Origin: Acidobacteriota bacterium
GTDB taxonomy: Bacteria > Acidobacteriota > UBA6911
Reading direction: 5' to 3'
DNA: 64,000 bases
NCBI GenBank assembly: GCA_963664705.1
Contig: OY761556.1
Coordinates: 4,736,001-4,800,000, forward strand
Positions within the stretch are counted from its first letter, which is position 1. Each line of letters starts with the position of its first letter. The notes beneath the pieces were generated by a model, which had not been told where the DNA came from, made no database searches, and saw only the letters and a list, made by a program, of their open reading frames with translations. Both the position numbers and the translations under genes were made by a program. Below are positions 39,091 to 50,902 of the stretch, piece by piece.

Positions 39091-40638
39091 ATGAAAGCAT
39101 CCAGAAGGAACTTCCTCAAGGCCACAGCAACAGGTATGGGTTCAGCCGCGCTCGCCGGGTTTGGTGCGACGGAAGCCGGCGCAACGCCATCCGATTCAAT
39201 CAAAAAATGGGATTACCAGGCAGAAATCGTCGTGCTCGGCCTCGGGGCTGCCGGGCTCATGACTGCCATTACGGCTTACGACCAGGGTGCCGATGTGCTG
39301 ATACTGGAAAAAGCCCCTGAAGCCCACGCCGGCGGGAATACGCGGGTTAGCGGGCAAGGGTACTGGTGCCCCTCTGATTCGAACAAGGCCTTCGATTATC
39401 AGAAGGCCATGAGCGGCGGCTACCCCATTCCAGATGAAATGGCAAAGGTCTTCCACGAAGGCTCGATCCATGTAACCGAGTGGCTCACCAAGATGGGCGC
39501 CGACATGCGGACGATGCCCTCAGCCGGTGAATATCCGGAGTTCCCGGGCGGCGCCGGAAATGTCTGTTGGTCCACCAAGGGCAACGGCTACCAGCGTCTA
39601 TGGCTTCTGCTGATGGAGAACGCCTTTCAGAAAAGAAAAGTCAGAGTTCAGTATGAAACGCCCGCAGTGGAACTGATTCGTGATGCGAAGACCGGCGAGG
39701 TCCGCGGAGTTGTAGCGGAAAACAAAGGCAGGAAGTTGTATGTCAAGGCGAAGAAAGCCGTCGTCATGTGCACCGGCGGGTTTGAAAACAATCAGGAAAT
39801 GATTCGCGACTATCTCGGCATGCCTTATGCGTATCCCAAGGGAAGCCCCTATAATACCGGCGATGGCATCCGGATGGCGATGGCGATCGGAGCGGATCTC
39901 TGGCACATGGACAACCAGGCCGGACCCGACTTCAATTTCCACATCCCCGGAAAAGACTGGGCTTTCGGCTATTCATTCTCTCCTCCGGGGAACGGCTGGA
40001 TTTGGGTTGCCAAGGACGCAACGCGTTTTACCAATGAAGGCTACGGCACAAAACATGGCAAAATACCGTTCCATGGTATCTACATCCATGTCCCCACCCC
40101 GCTTCCCGTTCATCTTGTCTTCGATGAGACCATGAGAAAAGCCGGCCCGTTGTATCCTCAGGAATATTTCTTCTGCTGGTGGTCGCAGATAGAAAAATAC
40201 AAATGGAGCCAGGACAGCAGTGCCGAAATCGAAAAGGGATGGATTGTCAAAGCCGATACGCTGAAAGAGCTGGCGGCAAAGATAGGCAAGAATCCGGAAT
40301 CGCTCGAGAAAACAGTCGCCACCTGGAACAAATCGTGCGCTGCGGGCAACGACTCGGAATTCGGACGGGATCCCAAAAAGATGGCCCCTATTCAAACGCC
40401 GCCTTTCTATGCGACCGAGTTTGTTCCCGCGTTCACCAATACTCAAGGCGGGCCGCGCCGCAATGCCAATTGCCAGGTCCTGGACACTAACAAAAAACCT
40501 ATTCCAAGGCTATATTCGGCCGGCGAATTGGGAGCCATCTACAGCTGGCATTACCAGGGCGGCGGCAATATTCTTGAATGCATCGTCTTTGGACGCGTTG
40601 CCGGGCAGCGTTCTGTTGCGGAAAAACCCTGGACCTAA
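39091..40638 (+). CDS. Tat-exported FAD-dependent oxidoreductase (fumarate reductase/3-ketosteroid dehydrogenase flavoprotein superfamily)
   Basis: SRRNFLK; GLGAAG; GGNT; NTGDG; TQGG; RLYSAGE; YQGGGN. Confidence 0.9.
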   Translation: MKASRRNFLKATATGMGSAALAGFGATEAGATPSDSIKKWDYQAEIVVLGLGAAGLMTAITAYDQGADVLILEKAPEAHAGGNTRVSGQGYWCPSDSNKAFDYQKAMSGGYPIPDEMAKVFHEGSIHVTEWLTKMGADMRTMPSAGEYPEFPGGAGNVCWSTKGNGYQRLWLLLMENAFQKRKVRVQYETPAVELIRDAKTGEVRGVVAENKGRKLYVKAKKAVVMCTGGFENNQEMIRDYLGMPYAYPKGSPYNTGDGIRMAMAIGADLWHMDNQAGPDFNFHIPGKDWAFGYSFSPPGNGWIWVAKDATRFTNEGYGTKHGKIPFHGIYIHVPTPLPVHLVFDETMRKAGPLYPQEYFFCWWSQIEKYKWSQDSSAEIEKGWIVKADTLKELAAKIGKNPESLEKTVATWNKSCAAGNDSEFGRDPKKMAPIQTPPFYATEFVPAFTNTQGGPRRNANCQVLDTNKKPIPRLYSAGELGAIYSWHYQGGGNILECIVFGRVAGQRSVAEKPWT

Positions 40639-40781
40639 GGATTGTGGTCTGTTGAAATCGGCCCAAGATTTGTGGAGTTCGTGACAGAGGCATGGGCAAT
40701 AAATCTGTCGCGCACTCCACAAATCACCCTCAATAACTGGAGACCGCAGCTCTCGGATGAACTCACGATTTGCCCTGACCT

Positions 40782-40940
40782 CGGCCTATCGACCGCACTC
40801 AAACCCTTGAACCGTTCGACAATGACCGCGCCGGTCTGCTGCTCATATCCGGACTGCGCCTCTTCCTGCGTGAAAAACCGTGTACCCGGCACAGCTAAAA
40901 ATCCAAAAAGCAAAGCATGGGATTGATCCTGCTGCGCCAA
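40782..40940 (-). pseudogene. araD: Degenerate fragment of L-ribulose-5-phosphate 4-epimerase
   Basis: LAQQDQS..VPGTRFFTQEEAQSGYEQQTGAVIVERFKGLSAVDRP resembles the AraD segment (I)PCTR..T..EI...YE..TG.VIVE.F. Confidence 0.5.
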
Positions 40941-41097
40941 ACGACTACGATTTTTGTATACCCCCCCAGAGAATAAAAACAAAAAAGGAAAAGTCCTCAT
41001 TTGAGCCGGCCGTAATGAAATTGCAAATTTAAGGAATCCAATTGAAGAACCAAATCGCCGGTGGTCTCAGGCGAAATCCGGAATAAGGAGAACCATC

Positions 41098-42513
41098 ATG
41101 ATGTTGCCTGGAAGCCAGGGCTGCTTTATCCGCAAAATCATGTTTTGGGCAATGATCGCCGGGACGGCGGCACATCTTCCTGCTCAGCAGGAGAGTTCCC
41201 AGGCCGGGAGCTTGACGCTTTCGCTGGCGGTAAAGGCCGCACTGAACAACTATCCTTCCATTCAGGTTTCCCGGGAACAGATAGCGTCCGCGGCGGCCGG
41301 AATCGACCTCGCCCGCACAGCCTACCTTCCAAGAATTGATGTATTGGCCCAGATCGATCGAGCGACCAGAAACAATGTCTTTGGTCTGCTTATGCCTCAA
41401 AGTGTGATCCCGTCCATATCTGGACCGGTACTCGGAACTAACAATTCCGGCACCGTGTGGGGAAGCGCGGTTGGGACCCTGGTCTCCTGGGAACCATTCG
41501 ATTTCGGGCTTCGGCGCGCTAATGTCAACGCTGCCAGGGCAGGGCGTGAACAGTCTAAAGCCGGGCTTGAGAAATCGCGCTATGATGTGGCTGTCGCCGC
41601 CGCCGATGCCTATCTCACGCTCGTAGCGGCTCGGGAGACCATTCGTGGAGCGCAGGCCGGAGTGGACCGATCCCAGTCCATTCTTGAAACGATCCTTGCG
41701 CTCGTAAAAGCGGAGTTGCGTCCAGGCGCAGATGGTTCAAGAGCCGAGGCAGAATTGGCAGCGGCCAGGACACAACTTATCCAGGCGCAACAGGCTTATG
41801 AAATTGCGCGCGCCAATCTGTCCCGTTTCGTGGGCCTCGATCCAAACCGCATAGAAACCTCCGCGTCAAAACTGCTGCAGCTTCCTCCTTCCTCGAATCC
41901 CATTCCTGTGGATATCGCTTCAAATCCGGTAGCTCACGAACAGAATGCCGTCATTGAGCAGTTGCGCTCGCAGCAAAAAGCCCTGCAACGATCCTATTAC
42001 CCACGCTTTTTCCTCCAGGGATCCGCCTATGCGCGAGGGACCGGTGCAGAGACAAATGGCGACAGGCTGGGAGGACTCAACGGCACGGCTCCTAATATTC
42101 CCAATTATGCCTTGGGCCTTACCGTGACCTTTCCCTTGATGGATTTCGCGGCTATCCACGCCCGGGAGTCTGATCAAGCGGCTCGGATCCGGCGCGAAAC
42201 AGCCCGCTATCAGCAGATCGCCACAGATTTGAAAGCTCAATGGAATGCCGCCGAAGCAGCGCTCCAGGGAGCCAGAAGGATTGCGGCCCACATGCCGGTC
42301 CAGGTATCCGCCGCACGCACCAGTCTCTCACAGGCAACTGCACGTTATCAGTCGGGGCTTGGAAACATTGACGAGGTCGCCGAATCCCAGCGCCTGCTCA
42401 CGCAAGCGGAAATCAACGACTCACTGGCGCGGCTCGGCATCTGGCGAGCGCTGCTTTCGGTAGCCCAGGTCACAGGCGACCTCCAACCCTTCCTTGTGGA
42501 GGCAAGCCAATGA
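41098..42513 (+). CDS. TolC family outer-membrane efflux protein
   Basis: Signal peptide; ARTAYLP, WEPFDFG, ARYQSGL OEP repeats. Confidence 0.9.
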   Translation: MMLPGSQGCFIRKIMFWAMIAGTAAHLPAQQESSQAGSLTLSLAVKAALNNYPSIQVSREQIASAAAGIDLARTAYLPRIDVLAQIDRATRNNVFGLLMPQSVIPSISGPVLGTNNSGTVWGSAVGTLVSWEPFDFGLRRANVNAARAGREQSKAGLEKSRYDVAVAAADAYLTLVAARETIRGAQAGVDRSQSILETILALVKAELRPGADGSRAEAELAAARTQLIQAQQAYEIARANLSRFVGLDPNRIETSASKLLQLPPSSNPIPVDIASNPVAHEQNAVIEQLRSQQKALQRSYYPRFFLQGSAYARGTGAETNGDRLGGLNGTAPNIPNYALGLTVTFPLMDFAAIHARESDQAARIRRETARYQQIATDLKAQWNAAEAALQGARRIAAHMPVQVSAARTSLSQATARYQSGLGNIDEVAESQRLLTQAEINDSLARLGIWRALLSVAQVTGDLQPFLVEASQ

Positions 42514-42535
42514 ATCTTTTCCGGAGAGGTGAAGA

Positions 42536-45500
42536 ATGCGATTCGTGCTAGCCGCTCTCAGTCGTCCGGTCACGGTCCTCGTAACCCTGATTGCAATCGC
42601 GCTGGTTGCATATTTCGCCGTGCAGCGCATGCCGGTCGACATTTTCCCCAAGGTCGGCGAACCGGCGATTTACGTTGCTCAACCCTATGGGGGCATGGAC
42701 CCGGCACAAATGGAGGGGTACCTCACCTATTACTATGAATACCACTTCCTCTACATCACCGGGATCAGCCGGGTCGAGAGCAAAAGCATTCAGGGCGCGG
42801 CCCTCATGAGGCTTGTTTTTCGCGAAGGCACGGATATGTCCCAGGCAATGGCTGAAACGGTCGGGTATGTCAACCGCGCACGCGCCTTCATGCCAACGGG
42901 AACAGTGCCGCCCTTTATCACCCGATTTGACGCAGGCAGCGTCGCGGTTGGTCAGCTTGTCTTCAGCAGCCCCACCCGAACCCAGGGCGAATTGCAGGAT
43001 TTCGCCCTGAACAGCGTGCGTCCGTTGTTTGCCACTTTGCCCGGAGTATCCGCCCCGCCCCCCTTTGGCGGCAATCAGAAATCGATTGTGATCACTCTTA
43101 ATCCAGACCGGCTCCAGCAGTATCGCATCTCTCCGGAGCAGGCGATTTCGGCTGTCAGCAACTCCAGCCTGGTAATGCCCTCCGGGAATGTCTTCACGGG
43201 TAAACTCAACCGGATCGCAAGAACCAATTCAGCGCTGGGAGCGGACCTGTCAGAACTGTTGAATACGCCAATCCATCCGGTTACCGGAACCACCATATAC
43301 CTGAGGGACATCGGCACAATCGACAATGGCACGGACATCATCACGGCCTATGCCCACGTGAATGGAAAACGCACCGTATATATTCCCGTCACCAAGCGCG
43401 CCGATGCTTCCACTCTCGCGGTGATCAATGCGGTAAAAGCCTCCATGCCCGATTTCAAAAAGGTTCTGCCGGACGACGTGGATGTGAGCCTTCAATTCGA
43501 TCAATCGCCGTTTGTGACGGATTCAATCCGCGGACTGATTTTCGAGGGATTGCTGGGCGCAGCTCTGACCGGACTGATGGTGATGATATTTCTCAGGGAT
43601 TGGCGGAGCGCCTTGATTGTCATCATGAACATCCCATTCGCGCTGCTGAGCGCGACCATTCTGCTTTGGGCAAGCGGGCAGACAATAAACATCATGACCC
43701 TGGGCGGATTGGCGCTGGCGGTTGGGGTTCTCGTCGATGAAGCAACTGTATCGATTGAAAACACCCACACTCACATGGTGCAGGGAACCACACGAGCGCG
43801 CGCCGTGCTCCAGGCGGCAAGCGAAACATCTATCCCCCGCCTGCTTTCCATGTTTTGCATTCTCGCAGTCTTTCTTCCTTCATTTTTCATGATTGGCGTG
43901 GGCCGGCAGCTGTTCATCCCGCTTTCGCTGGCGGTCGCATTCTCCATGATCGCCTCCTATCTGCTCTCCAGCAGTCTTGTGCCCGTCTTTTCCACATGGC
44001 TGATGCAGGAGACGCATCGGGGCGAGGCGCAGGAAGGATTCTTTGGTCGCCCTCGGCATGTATACGAACGCTATCTGAGGTTCATCCTGCGATTTCGCTG
44101 GCCGCTGGTGGCTGCGTATCTGATCGCTTCAGTGACGATTCTCTATATTCTGCTCCCGCGCATGGGCACCGAATTGTTTCCGGATGTCAACGCGGCCTTG
44201 CTGCGAGTGCGGTTGAAAGCTCCCGCCGGAACCAGGATCGAAGAAACCGAGCGTATTGTTCTCCATGCACTAAACACGATCAATAATGAAGCAGGGAAAC
44301 AGAACGTGGTCATCACCAGCGATTTCATGGGGGTTGTTCCGTCCAGCTATCCGGTAGATCTGATTCATCTGTTCACAAGCGGGCCTCACGAGGCTGTTAT
44401 CCAGGTTGCCCTGAAGCCTGATGCACCGAAGGGGGAAGCCTTGCGGGAGCGGATCCGCGACAAACTGAAGCATGATCTCCCGGACTGCCAGGTCTCATTC
44501 GAACCCGCGGATATTATTTCCCAGGTGATGAGTTTTGGATCGCCCACGCCCATCGAGGTAGCGGTGCAGGGGCCAAGTTTGGATGATGACTATGGCTACG
44601 CCCAGAAGCTAAAAGCGCAAATGACAAAGCTCAGCTTTTTGCGCGATCTTCAATTTGCGCAGGAATATCGTTATCCAACCCTGGACATTGCGGTCAACCG
44701 TCAGCGTGCAGGGCAGTTCGAACTGACGATGGCGGAAGTGGCTCGTTCTGTGGTGCCCGCCACATCTTCCTCGCGGTTTACGCAGCCAAACTACTGGCGC
44801 GATCCCAAATCCGGCAATGCCTTTCAAATCCAGGTGCAATTACCTCAGAATCGAATGCAGAGTGTGGAGGATATCTCCGCAATCCCAATCATGCGAACCG
44901 GTGCCCGCAATACACAGCTCAAAGATGTGGCGCAGATAAACACCGGCACTATGCCGGGAATGATTGAGCGCTTCAACGGACAACACATTGTCAGTATTAC
45001 GGCAAACATTCACGGAATCACTTTGGGAGAAGCAGCCGCAAAGCTGAGTCAGGCGCTGGGAAGCGCGGGCGCACCTCCGCGCGGCACCAAGATAGTGGTC
45101 AAAGGGGAAATTCCGGCCCTGGAACAAACATTATCCGGACTTCGAATCGGACTGCTCCTGGCCATCGTTGTGATCTTCCTTCTTCTTTCAGCCAACTTTC
45201 AGTCAATGCGATTGGCATTCACCATTGTCCTGACCATTCCTGCGGTGCTTTGCGGAGTGCTTCTGACATTGCGGTTGACGGGCACTACGCTCAACGTCCA
45301 GTCGTTTATGGGCGCAATCATGGCAATCGGCATTGCGGTTGCCAATTCGATTCTCCTGGTAACTTTTGCCGAACGTTTTCGACACAGGAACATGCCATTG
45401 CTAGATGCGGCCTGCGAGGGATCGGCCAGCCGGCTGAGAGCCATCCTGATGACCGCCGCAGCCATGATTTTCGGCATGCTGCCGATGGCGATCGGGGTGG

Positions 45501-45682
45501 GCGAGGGCGGCTCTCAATCCGTTCCCCTGGGTCGCGCTGTTGTCGGAGGACTGCTTTTTTCCACCTTTGCCACTCTAACCATTCTTCCTTCCATCTATGC
45601 GATTCTTCAAGGAAAGGCATCTCTGCAATCCCCTTCCTTGAATCCCATGGATCCAGAGAGTCGATACTATGATGCCAAGTAG
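42536..45682 (+). CDS. RND efflux permease subunit
   Basis: 1048 aa; MPVDIFP; GVLVDEATV; SRLRAILMT. Confidence 0.95.
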   Translation: MRFVLAALSRPVTVLVTLIAIALVAYFAVQRMPVDIFPKVGEPAIYVAQPYGGMDPAQMEGYLTYYYEYHFLYITGISRVESKSIQGAALMRLVFREGTDMSQAMAETVGYVNRARAFMPTGTVPPFITRFDAGSVAVGQLVFSSPTRTQGELQDFALNSVRPLFATLPGVSAPPPFGGNQKSIVITLNPDRLQQYRISPEQAISAVSNSSLVMPSGNVFTGKLNRIARTNSALGADLSELLNTPIHPVTGTTIYLRDIGTIDNGTDIITAYAHVNGKRTVYIPVTKRADASTLAVINAVKASMPDFKKVLPDDVDVSLQFDQSPFVTDSIRGLIFEGLLGAALTGLMVMIFLRDWRSALIVIMNIPFALLSATILLWASGQTINIMTLGGLALAVGVLVDEATVSIENTHTHMVQGTTRARAVLQAASETSIPRLLSMFCILAVFLPSFFMIGVGRQLFIPLSLAVAFSMIASYLLSSSLVPVFSTWLMQETHRGEAQEGFFGRPRHVYERYLRFILRFRWPLVAAYLIASVTILYILLPRMGTELFPDVNAALLRVRLKAPAGTRIEETERIVLHALNTINNEAGKQNVVITSDFMGVVPSSYPVDLIHLFTSGPHEAVIQVALKPDAPKGEALRERIRDKLKHDLPDCQVSFEPADIISQVMSFGSPTPIEVAVQGPSLDDDYGYAQKLKAQMTKLSFLRDLQFAQEYRYPTLDIAVNRQRAGQFELTMAEVARSVVPATSSSRFTQPNYWRDPKSGNAFQIQVQLPQNRMQSVEDISAIPIMRTGARNTQLKDVAQINTGTMPGMIERFNGQHIVSITANIHGITLGEAAAKLSQALGSAGAPPRGTKIVVKGEIPALEQTLSGLRIGLLLAIVVIFLLLSANFQSMRLAFTIVLTIPAVLCGVLLTLRLTGTTLNVQSFMGAIMAIGIAVANSILLVTFAERFRHRNMPLLDAACEGSASRLRAILMTAAAMIFGMLPMAIGVGEGGSQSVPLGRAVVGGLLFSTFATLTILPSIYAILQGKASLQSPSLNPMDPESRYYDAK

Positions 45683-46760
45683 AATTCTATTGCCGGCATT
45701 TGCCTTGCTCACTTTGCTTGCAACATCCGGCCAAACGCAAAGCAGCGACCTCGTCCAGGTCGTTGCCAGACCGGCCTCACAAACAATAGAGTTGCCGGGC
45801 GAACTACTTCCTTTCCTGACGGTATCGTTGCATGCAAAAGTGCAGAGTTATGTGGAACGAGTCCTGGTTGATCGGGGCAGCGTTGTCAAGGAAGGTGAGT
45901 TGATGGTTCAGTTGAGCGCACCCGAGATCGAGGCACAAATTGCCGAAGCCGAATCAAAGGTTCAGGCACATGAAGCCGACCGGCTGCAGGCGGAATCGCA
46001 ACTGGCCGCAGCCCAGAGCACCTATGACCGCCTCAAAGCAGCCTCTCAGACGACGGGAGCCATTGCCGGCAATGAGCTGATACAGGCGGAAAAGCTGCGG
46101 GACGCAGCCCGCGCGCTTGTAAGCTCTCGCCAGCAGGCAATCCAGTCAGCCTCCGCTGCGGTTAAGGCCATCAGGGATTTGCAGGCGTATCTAAAAATCA
46201 CCGCTCCCTTCAGCGGCATTATTACCGATCGGCTTGTGCACCCGGGCGCGCTCGTCGGTCCGGGGAACGATGTCGTATTGCTTGTGCTTCAGCAGATTTC
46301 GAGACTCCGATTGGTTATCCCTGTTCCGGAGGAGAACATCAGCGGGATTGTGAACGGCGCAGTTGTATCCTTTCATGTGCCCGCATGGCCGGGCCGGGTT
46401 TTCTCTGGAAAAGCCGCACGGATCGCTCATGCTCTCGATCAAAGGACCCGCACCATGCCGATCGAACTGGATGTCGTCAATGCCGACGGTCTGCTCTCGC
46501 CCGGCATGTATCCGTCGGTGAAATGGCCGGTACATCGGGCCACAGCCTCGCTGTTCGTTCCCAGAACAAGCGTTGTCACAACCACGGAACGCACATTTAT
46601 TATTCGGGATAGAAATGGACAGGCTGAATGGGTGGATGTGAGAAAGGGGGCAACGGAAGGTGATATGGTTGAAGTGCTGGGCAATCTTAAGCCCGGAGAT
46701 GCTGTGCTGCGTCGAGCCACGGATGAAATACGCGAGGGCACATCCATAATTAAAAGATGA
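45669..46760 (+). CDS. RND periplasmic adaptor (MFP) subunit
   Basis: VDRGSVVKEG, ITAPFSGII, TRTM, LSPGMY. Confidence 0.93.
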   Translation: MMPSRILLPAFALLTLLATSGQTQSSDLVQVVARPASQTIELPGELLPFLTVSLHAKVQSYVERVLVDRGSVVKEGELMVQLSAPEIEAQIAEAESKVQAHEADRLQAESQLAAAQSTYDRLKAASQTTGAIAGNELIQAEKLRDAARALVSSRQQAIQSASAAVKAIRDLQAYLKITAPFSGIITDRLVHPGALVGPGNDVVLLVLQQISRLRLVIPVPEENISGIVNGAVVSFHVPAWPGRVFSGKAARIAHALDQRTRTMPIELDVVNADGLLSPGMYPSVKWPVHRATASLFVPRTSVVTTTERTFIIRDRNGQAEWVDVRKGATEGDMVEVLGNLKPGDAVLRRATDEIREGTSIIKR

Positions 46761-46919
46761 GGAACATCAACACGCGCGGGATCGAATAGCACTGGATATT
46801 GGCATCCAGACCCTGATTTTTTGTCCATTTGGGCCGCTTAAGCGTTAATCGCTTGCATTCCTTTGCTATAGAGGTTACCTTCTCCGCGAAATCGAGACTA
46901 TAAAACTAGGAGAGATATA

Positions 46920-47111
46920 ATGGTGAAAGCAGTTGCTAAGACCAAGGCCAAAGCAAAACCAAAGACTCAAGCAAAAGCCAAAGCAAAAGCGGCCGTAAGC
47001 GAAAAACGCGAATACAAGACCCCCGAAGCTGCGGCAAAACAGAAAGCTCAGTGGGAAGCAAAGGGATACAAAGTCACGCGCAAAGCGAATACTTTGTATA
47101 TCAAGAAGTAG
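46920..47111 (+). CDS. Small Lys/Ala-rich basic protein
   Basis: AGGAGA RBS; KAKAK repeats; followed by a terminator hairpin. Confidence 0.7.
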   Translation: MVKAVAKTKAKAKPKTQAKAKAKAAVSEKREYKTPEAAAKQKAQWEAKGYKVTRKANTLYIKK

Positions 47112-47131
47112 AAGAGCTCCATCTGCCAATG

Positions 47132-47165
47132 ACAAGGGCTTCAATAGCGTTAAGAAGCCCTTTGT
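47132..47165 (+). terminator. Rho-independent terminator
   Basis: AAGGGCTTC ... GAAGCCCTT followed by TGTT. Confidence 0.6.
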
Positions 47166-47238
47166 TCATGGCAAGCAATCTCTGCAGACCAGAAGTGATC
47201 TGATCCCCAGAGTTATTCATGAAAGGTAGCCCAGTAAG

Positions 47239-47613
47239 ATGAAAGACGAGACAATCGACAATCCCTTTGAGGAATCGGAAGAACCCGATACCGACGACAT
47301 CGCCTCTTTGCTGCGAGCCATGCAGCAACAGTTGCATCATTTGGAAAAAAAGGTGGACCTGTTAATCGGCCGGTCGCAGGAGAGATCAGGGGATAGACCT
47401 CCACACGCCAGGTCCTTTGGGAGAAGACCTCCGGCAAGACCATTCCGATCGCCAGACCATTCCCACCACCATGGCAAAAGAGAACGAGAGCCCGGCCAGA
47501 GAGACAGGGATTCCTCCCCTGGACATTTTTATGAACGGCGGCCGCAGGAAAAAGGACGACGTCCGAGTTCCGGCAAAAAGCCCTCGGCATTCAAGCGTAA
47601 AGACTGGGATTAG
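47239..47613 (+). CDS. Hypothetical protein (short coiled coil with Arg/Ser-rich disordered tail)
   Basis: 124-aa ORF; DIASLLRAMQQQLHHLEKKVDLLI coil. Confidence 0.6.
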   Translation: MKDETIDNPFEESEEPDTDDIASLLRAMQQQLHHLEKKVDLLIGRSQERSGDRPPHARSFGRRPPARPFRSPDHSHHHGKREREPGQRDRDSSPGHFYERRPQEKGRRPSSGKKPSAFKRKDWD

Positions 47614-47814
47614 AAAGCGCGGATTCAATTCGCTTTAAAGCACCATCCAAGGGCGGGCCATACAGGAATGGATCCGGGGGACAGCGCAGGAAACAGTTCC
47701 CGGCACCTGAGCGAACACGATGATTGAAGAGGATCTGTGATCTATTCCTGTGAACCCTCTCTAACTTCCGAAAGCCTGGCATATCTGCGCTAATCTCACA
47801 CTGAAGTATTAAGC

Positions 47815-49722
47815 ATGGCACTCATTACTCTGGACAATGTCTCCATCGCATACGGCTACCTGCCGTTGCTGGACCAGGTTGATTTGCAGGTCGAATCCGG
47901 AGAACGGGTCTGCATCATTGGCCGCAATGGAACCGGCAAGTCTACGCTGTTGCGCCTCATTAACGGCGACCAGGTCCCGGACTCAGGCTCCCTCTATCGG
48001 CAATCCGGTTTGCGATCCGCGATCCTGGTGCAGGAGGCTATGCTCCCGGCCGAACGCCCTGTGTTCGACGTGGTAGCTGAAGGATTGAGCAGCCTCGGCG
48101 ATCTGGTGACCGCATATCACCATGCCGCGGTAAAGGTCGCGGAAACGGGTGCCCCGGCCGATTTGGAAAAATTGGGCCGGCTTCAGCACGATCTGGAGGA
48201 AAAAGACGGCTGGCGTCTCGAACAGCGAGTCGAGATGGTGTTGAGCCGGCTGAAGCTGCCGTCCGAAGCCAGTGTAAACACTCTGTCGGGCGGCTGGTGC
48301 CGTCGGGTACTGCTTGCCCGCGCTCTCGTTGCCCAACCGGATCTTTTGCTCTTGGATGAGCCCACCAACCACCTTGATATCGAGGCCACAACCTGGCTGG
48401 AAGACTTCCTTTCTGAATATGCCGGCACGGTCATTTTCGTCACTCACGATCGGGCGTTTCTGAGAAGGCTCGCCACACGCATTGTCGAACTCGACCGCGG
48501 GCACCTGACTTCCTGGCCCGGCGATTACGCAACTTTCCTGAGCAAAAAGGAAGAGTGGCTGACCAACGAGTCCCTCCGGCTTGATAAGTTCGACAAGAAG
48601 CTCGCCGAGGAGGAGGCCTGGCTGCGGCAGGGAGTTAAAGCCAGGCGTACGCGCAACGAGGGACGTGTCCGCGCTTTGATGGCAATGCGCCAGGAGCGGG
48701 CCGACCAGCGCGCCAGGATCGGAATGGTGCGGATGCAGCTTGAAATCGCGGACCAGTCCGGCCGGATGGTTTATGAATGCGAAGGCATCAGCAAATCTTT
48801 CGACGGCACGCAGATTATCAAAGATTTTTCGACCCGCATCATGCGCGGTGACCGGATCGGGCTCCTTGGCGCAAACGGCGCCGGCAAGACAACTCTGCTG
48901 CGCCTCCTGTTGGGAGAATTGCAGCCGGACGCAGGAACGATTCGATGTGGCACCAATGTTCAGGTCGCCTATTATGATCAACAGCGGGAGCAGCTTGACC
49001 CGGAGCGCACAGTCTTTGATACCATCGGGGATGGCAATGACACGGTGACGGTGAACGGCCGGTCCCGGCACGTAAACGGCTACCTGCAGGACTTTCTCTT
49101 CACTCCCGAACGCGCCCGCTCGCCAGTCAAAGCTCTGTCAGGAGGCGAACGCAATCGGCTTATGATGGCGCGCCTCTTCACGCGACCGGCCAATGTCCTG
49201 GTGCTGGATGAACCAACCAACGACCTGGACCTCGAAACCCTTGAATTGCTGGAAGAACAACTGTTGAATTTTCCGGGCACGATTCTGCTTGTCAGCCATG
49301 ACCGGGAATTCCTTGATAACGTTGTCACCAGCACATTCGTCTTCGAGGAGAATGCGCACGTACAGGAATATATCGGAGGCTACGAAGACTGGCATCGCCA
49401 GAAGGCAATTCCTGCCGCAAAGGAGAGCTCTCCCAAACCCCGTCGACAGGCCGCCGGCACCACCGAGCGCGCGGATAACACTGCACGCGCTAAAAAGAAA
49501 CTGTCCTATGTTGAACAGCGGGAATTCGATCGTCTCCCGGAGCGCATCGAGGCTTTGGAATCCGAACAACAGCGGCTCAGCGCTGCGATCGTTCACCCGG
49601 ATTTTTACAGGGAGACCGCCGAAACCATCCGGCAGCATTTAACAAGGCTGGAGGCATTGGAAAAAGAGCTCCTCGAGGCCTATGCCCTCTGGGATGAGCT
49701 GGATTCGCGTACGAAGCAGTGA
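47815..49722 (+). CDS. uup: ABC-F family ATPase Uup
   Basis: Two ABC cassettes; WLRQGVKARRTRNEGRVRAL linker; C-terminal KLSY..QRE coiled coil. Confidence 0.93.
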   Translation: MALITLDNVSIAYGYLPLLDQVDLQVESGERVCIIGRNGTGKSTLLRLINGDQVPDSGSLYRQSGLRSAILVQEAMLPAERPVFDVVAEGLSSLGDLVTAYHHAAVKVAETGAPADLEKLGRLQHDLEEKDGWRLEQRVEMVLSRLKLPSEASVNTLSGGWCRRVLLARALVAQPDLLLLDEPTNHLDIEATTWLEDFLSEYAGTVIFVTHDRAFLRRLATRIVELDRGHLTSWPGDYATFLSKKEEWLTNESLRLDKFDKKLAEEEAWLRQGVKARRTRNEGRVRALMAMRQERADQRARIGMVRMQLEIADQSGRMVYECEGISKSFDGTQIIKDFSTRIMRGDRIGLLGANGAGKTTLLRLLLGELQPDAGTIRCGTNVQVAYYDQQREQLDPERTVFDTIGDGNDTVTVNGRSRHVNGYLQDFLFTPERARSPVKALSGGERNRLMMARLFTRPANVLVLDEPTNDLDLETLELLEEQLLNFPGTILLVSHDREFLDNVVTSTFVFEENAHVQEYIGGYEDWHRQKAIPAAKESSPKPRRQAAGTTERADNTARAKKKLSYVEQREFDRLPERIEALESEQQRLSAAIVHPDFYRETAETIRQHLTRLEALEKELLEAYALWDELDSRTKQ

Positions 49723-49736
49723 AACTCTCAACGAGC

Positions 49737-49786
49737 CTTCAAGGCTTAATCCGACCTGGTTGTGGAAGGCGGATTAAGCCTCGAAG
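49737..49786. terminator. Hairpin between convergent uup and MBL genes
   Basis: AGGCTTAATCCG ... CGGATTAAGCCT 12-bp stem. Confidence 0.55.
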
Positions 49787-49831
49787 ATCTGAAAACAAAC
49801 ACAGATTCAGACATTGTTTCCTGCATCAAAA

Positions 49832-50704
49832 TCACTCGCCGGCTGGGATGACCATGTCATGTATGGAAGTCTGTTCCGCCGTTACTCCATACCTGCCGTC
49901 GGCAGTGCGTATGGGGCGCGCCAGAGCGCAGGCAGGGTCATGTGTGAAAAAGAGGAGCCCGCCGCCCGCGATTTTGCTGTCCAGGTATTGCCTTTTTTCA
50001 TCAATGAGCAATTCCGGATATCGATCGTAGCCCATTGTTACCGGCAGATGCATCCAGGGTTTACCGGGGATCAGATCGCTGCAGAATGATATCCCGCCAA
50101 CGCACCCAATCTCAGCAAGCAATTGTCCGGGAGTATGCCCATCACTGTAGTCGAAGCGCACAGACTTGCCGAGGCTTGGCGTGTATTCTCCATCGACAAG
50201 CTCGAGTCGTCCGCTTCGTGACATGCAATCAATGAGCTCAGGTATAAAAGATGCGCGATCGCGTGGATGCGGATGAAGAGCACGATCCCATGCGCGGCCG
50301 CCAACGACCAATCTCGCGTTTGGAAACAGCAGCTCCGGCGCTGCGCCTTCGTGGTAGGCCGCAAACAAGCCCCCAATATGATCAAAATGCAAATGGCTGA
50401 TCACGACGGCATCGATGTCCTCATGCCGGAGTCCAAGTGTCGCGAGCGAATCAAGCAGCACGTGGCGGTCTTCCGCGACTCCATAACGCTTCTTCAGTTT
50501 CGGTTCAAAGAACGCACCGATCCCGGCCTCAAAAAGCACAGTCTTTCCGTCCACCTCGCGCGCCAGCAGGGCCCGGCAGGCTATTTCAATGCGGTTTTCC
50601 TCATCAGCGGTGAGCCACCTGGACCAGAGCGCGCGCGGCGCATTGCCGAACATGGCGCCCCCATCCAGGCGTTGCCGGTTCCCTTCTATCGACCACAGTC
50701 GCAT
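49832..50704 (-). CDS. MBL-fold metallo-hydrolase
   Basis: [28 protein letters not shown]; start MRLWS with GGAGG RBS. Confidence 0.92.
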   Translation of the reverse strand: MRLWSIEGNRQRLDGGAMFGNAPRALWSRWLTADEENRIEIACRALLAREVDGKTVLFEAGIGAFFEPKLKKRYGVAEDRHVLLDSLATLGLRHEDIDAVVISHLHFDHIGGLFAAYHEGAAPELLFPNARLVVGGRAWDRALHPHPRDRASFIPELIDCMSRSGRLELVDGEYTPSLGKSVRFDYSDGHTPGQLLAEIGCVGGISFCSDLIPGKPWMHLPVTMGYDRYPELLIDEKRQYLDSKIAGGGLLFFTHDPACALARPIRTADGRYGVTAEQTSIHDMVIPAGE

Positions 50705-50902
50705 GCAATGACTCCTCCATAGCTTCAAGCCGGGAAAGTATAGCGAGGCGTTCAGGAAAGATCCATTCCCGGCTTGGAGCGTATCCGGGAATTAGGATAT
50801 GAGGCACGCCCGAATGGGAACTGCGGAGTGCAGCAACTTGCAGCCGTCTTTGAAAACCATAAAGCAGAAGGGCTTCGCCCTCGAGGACATTTGACGGCGA
50901 CT

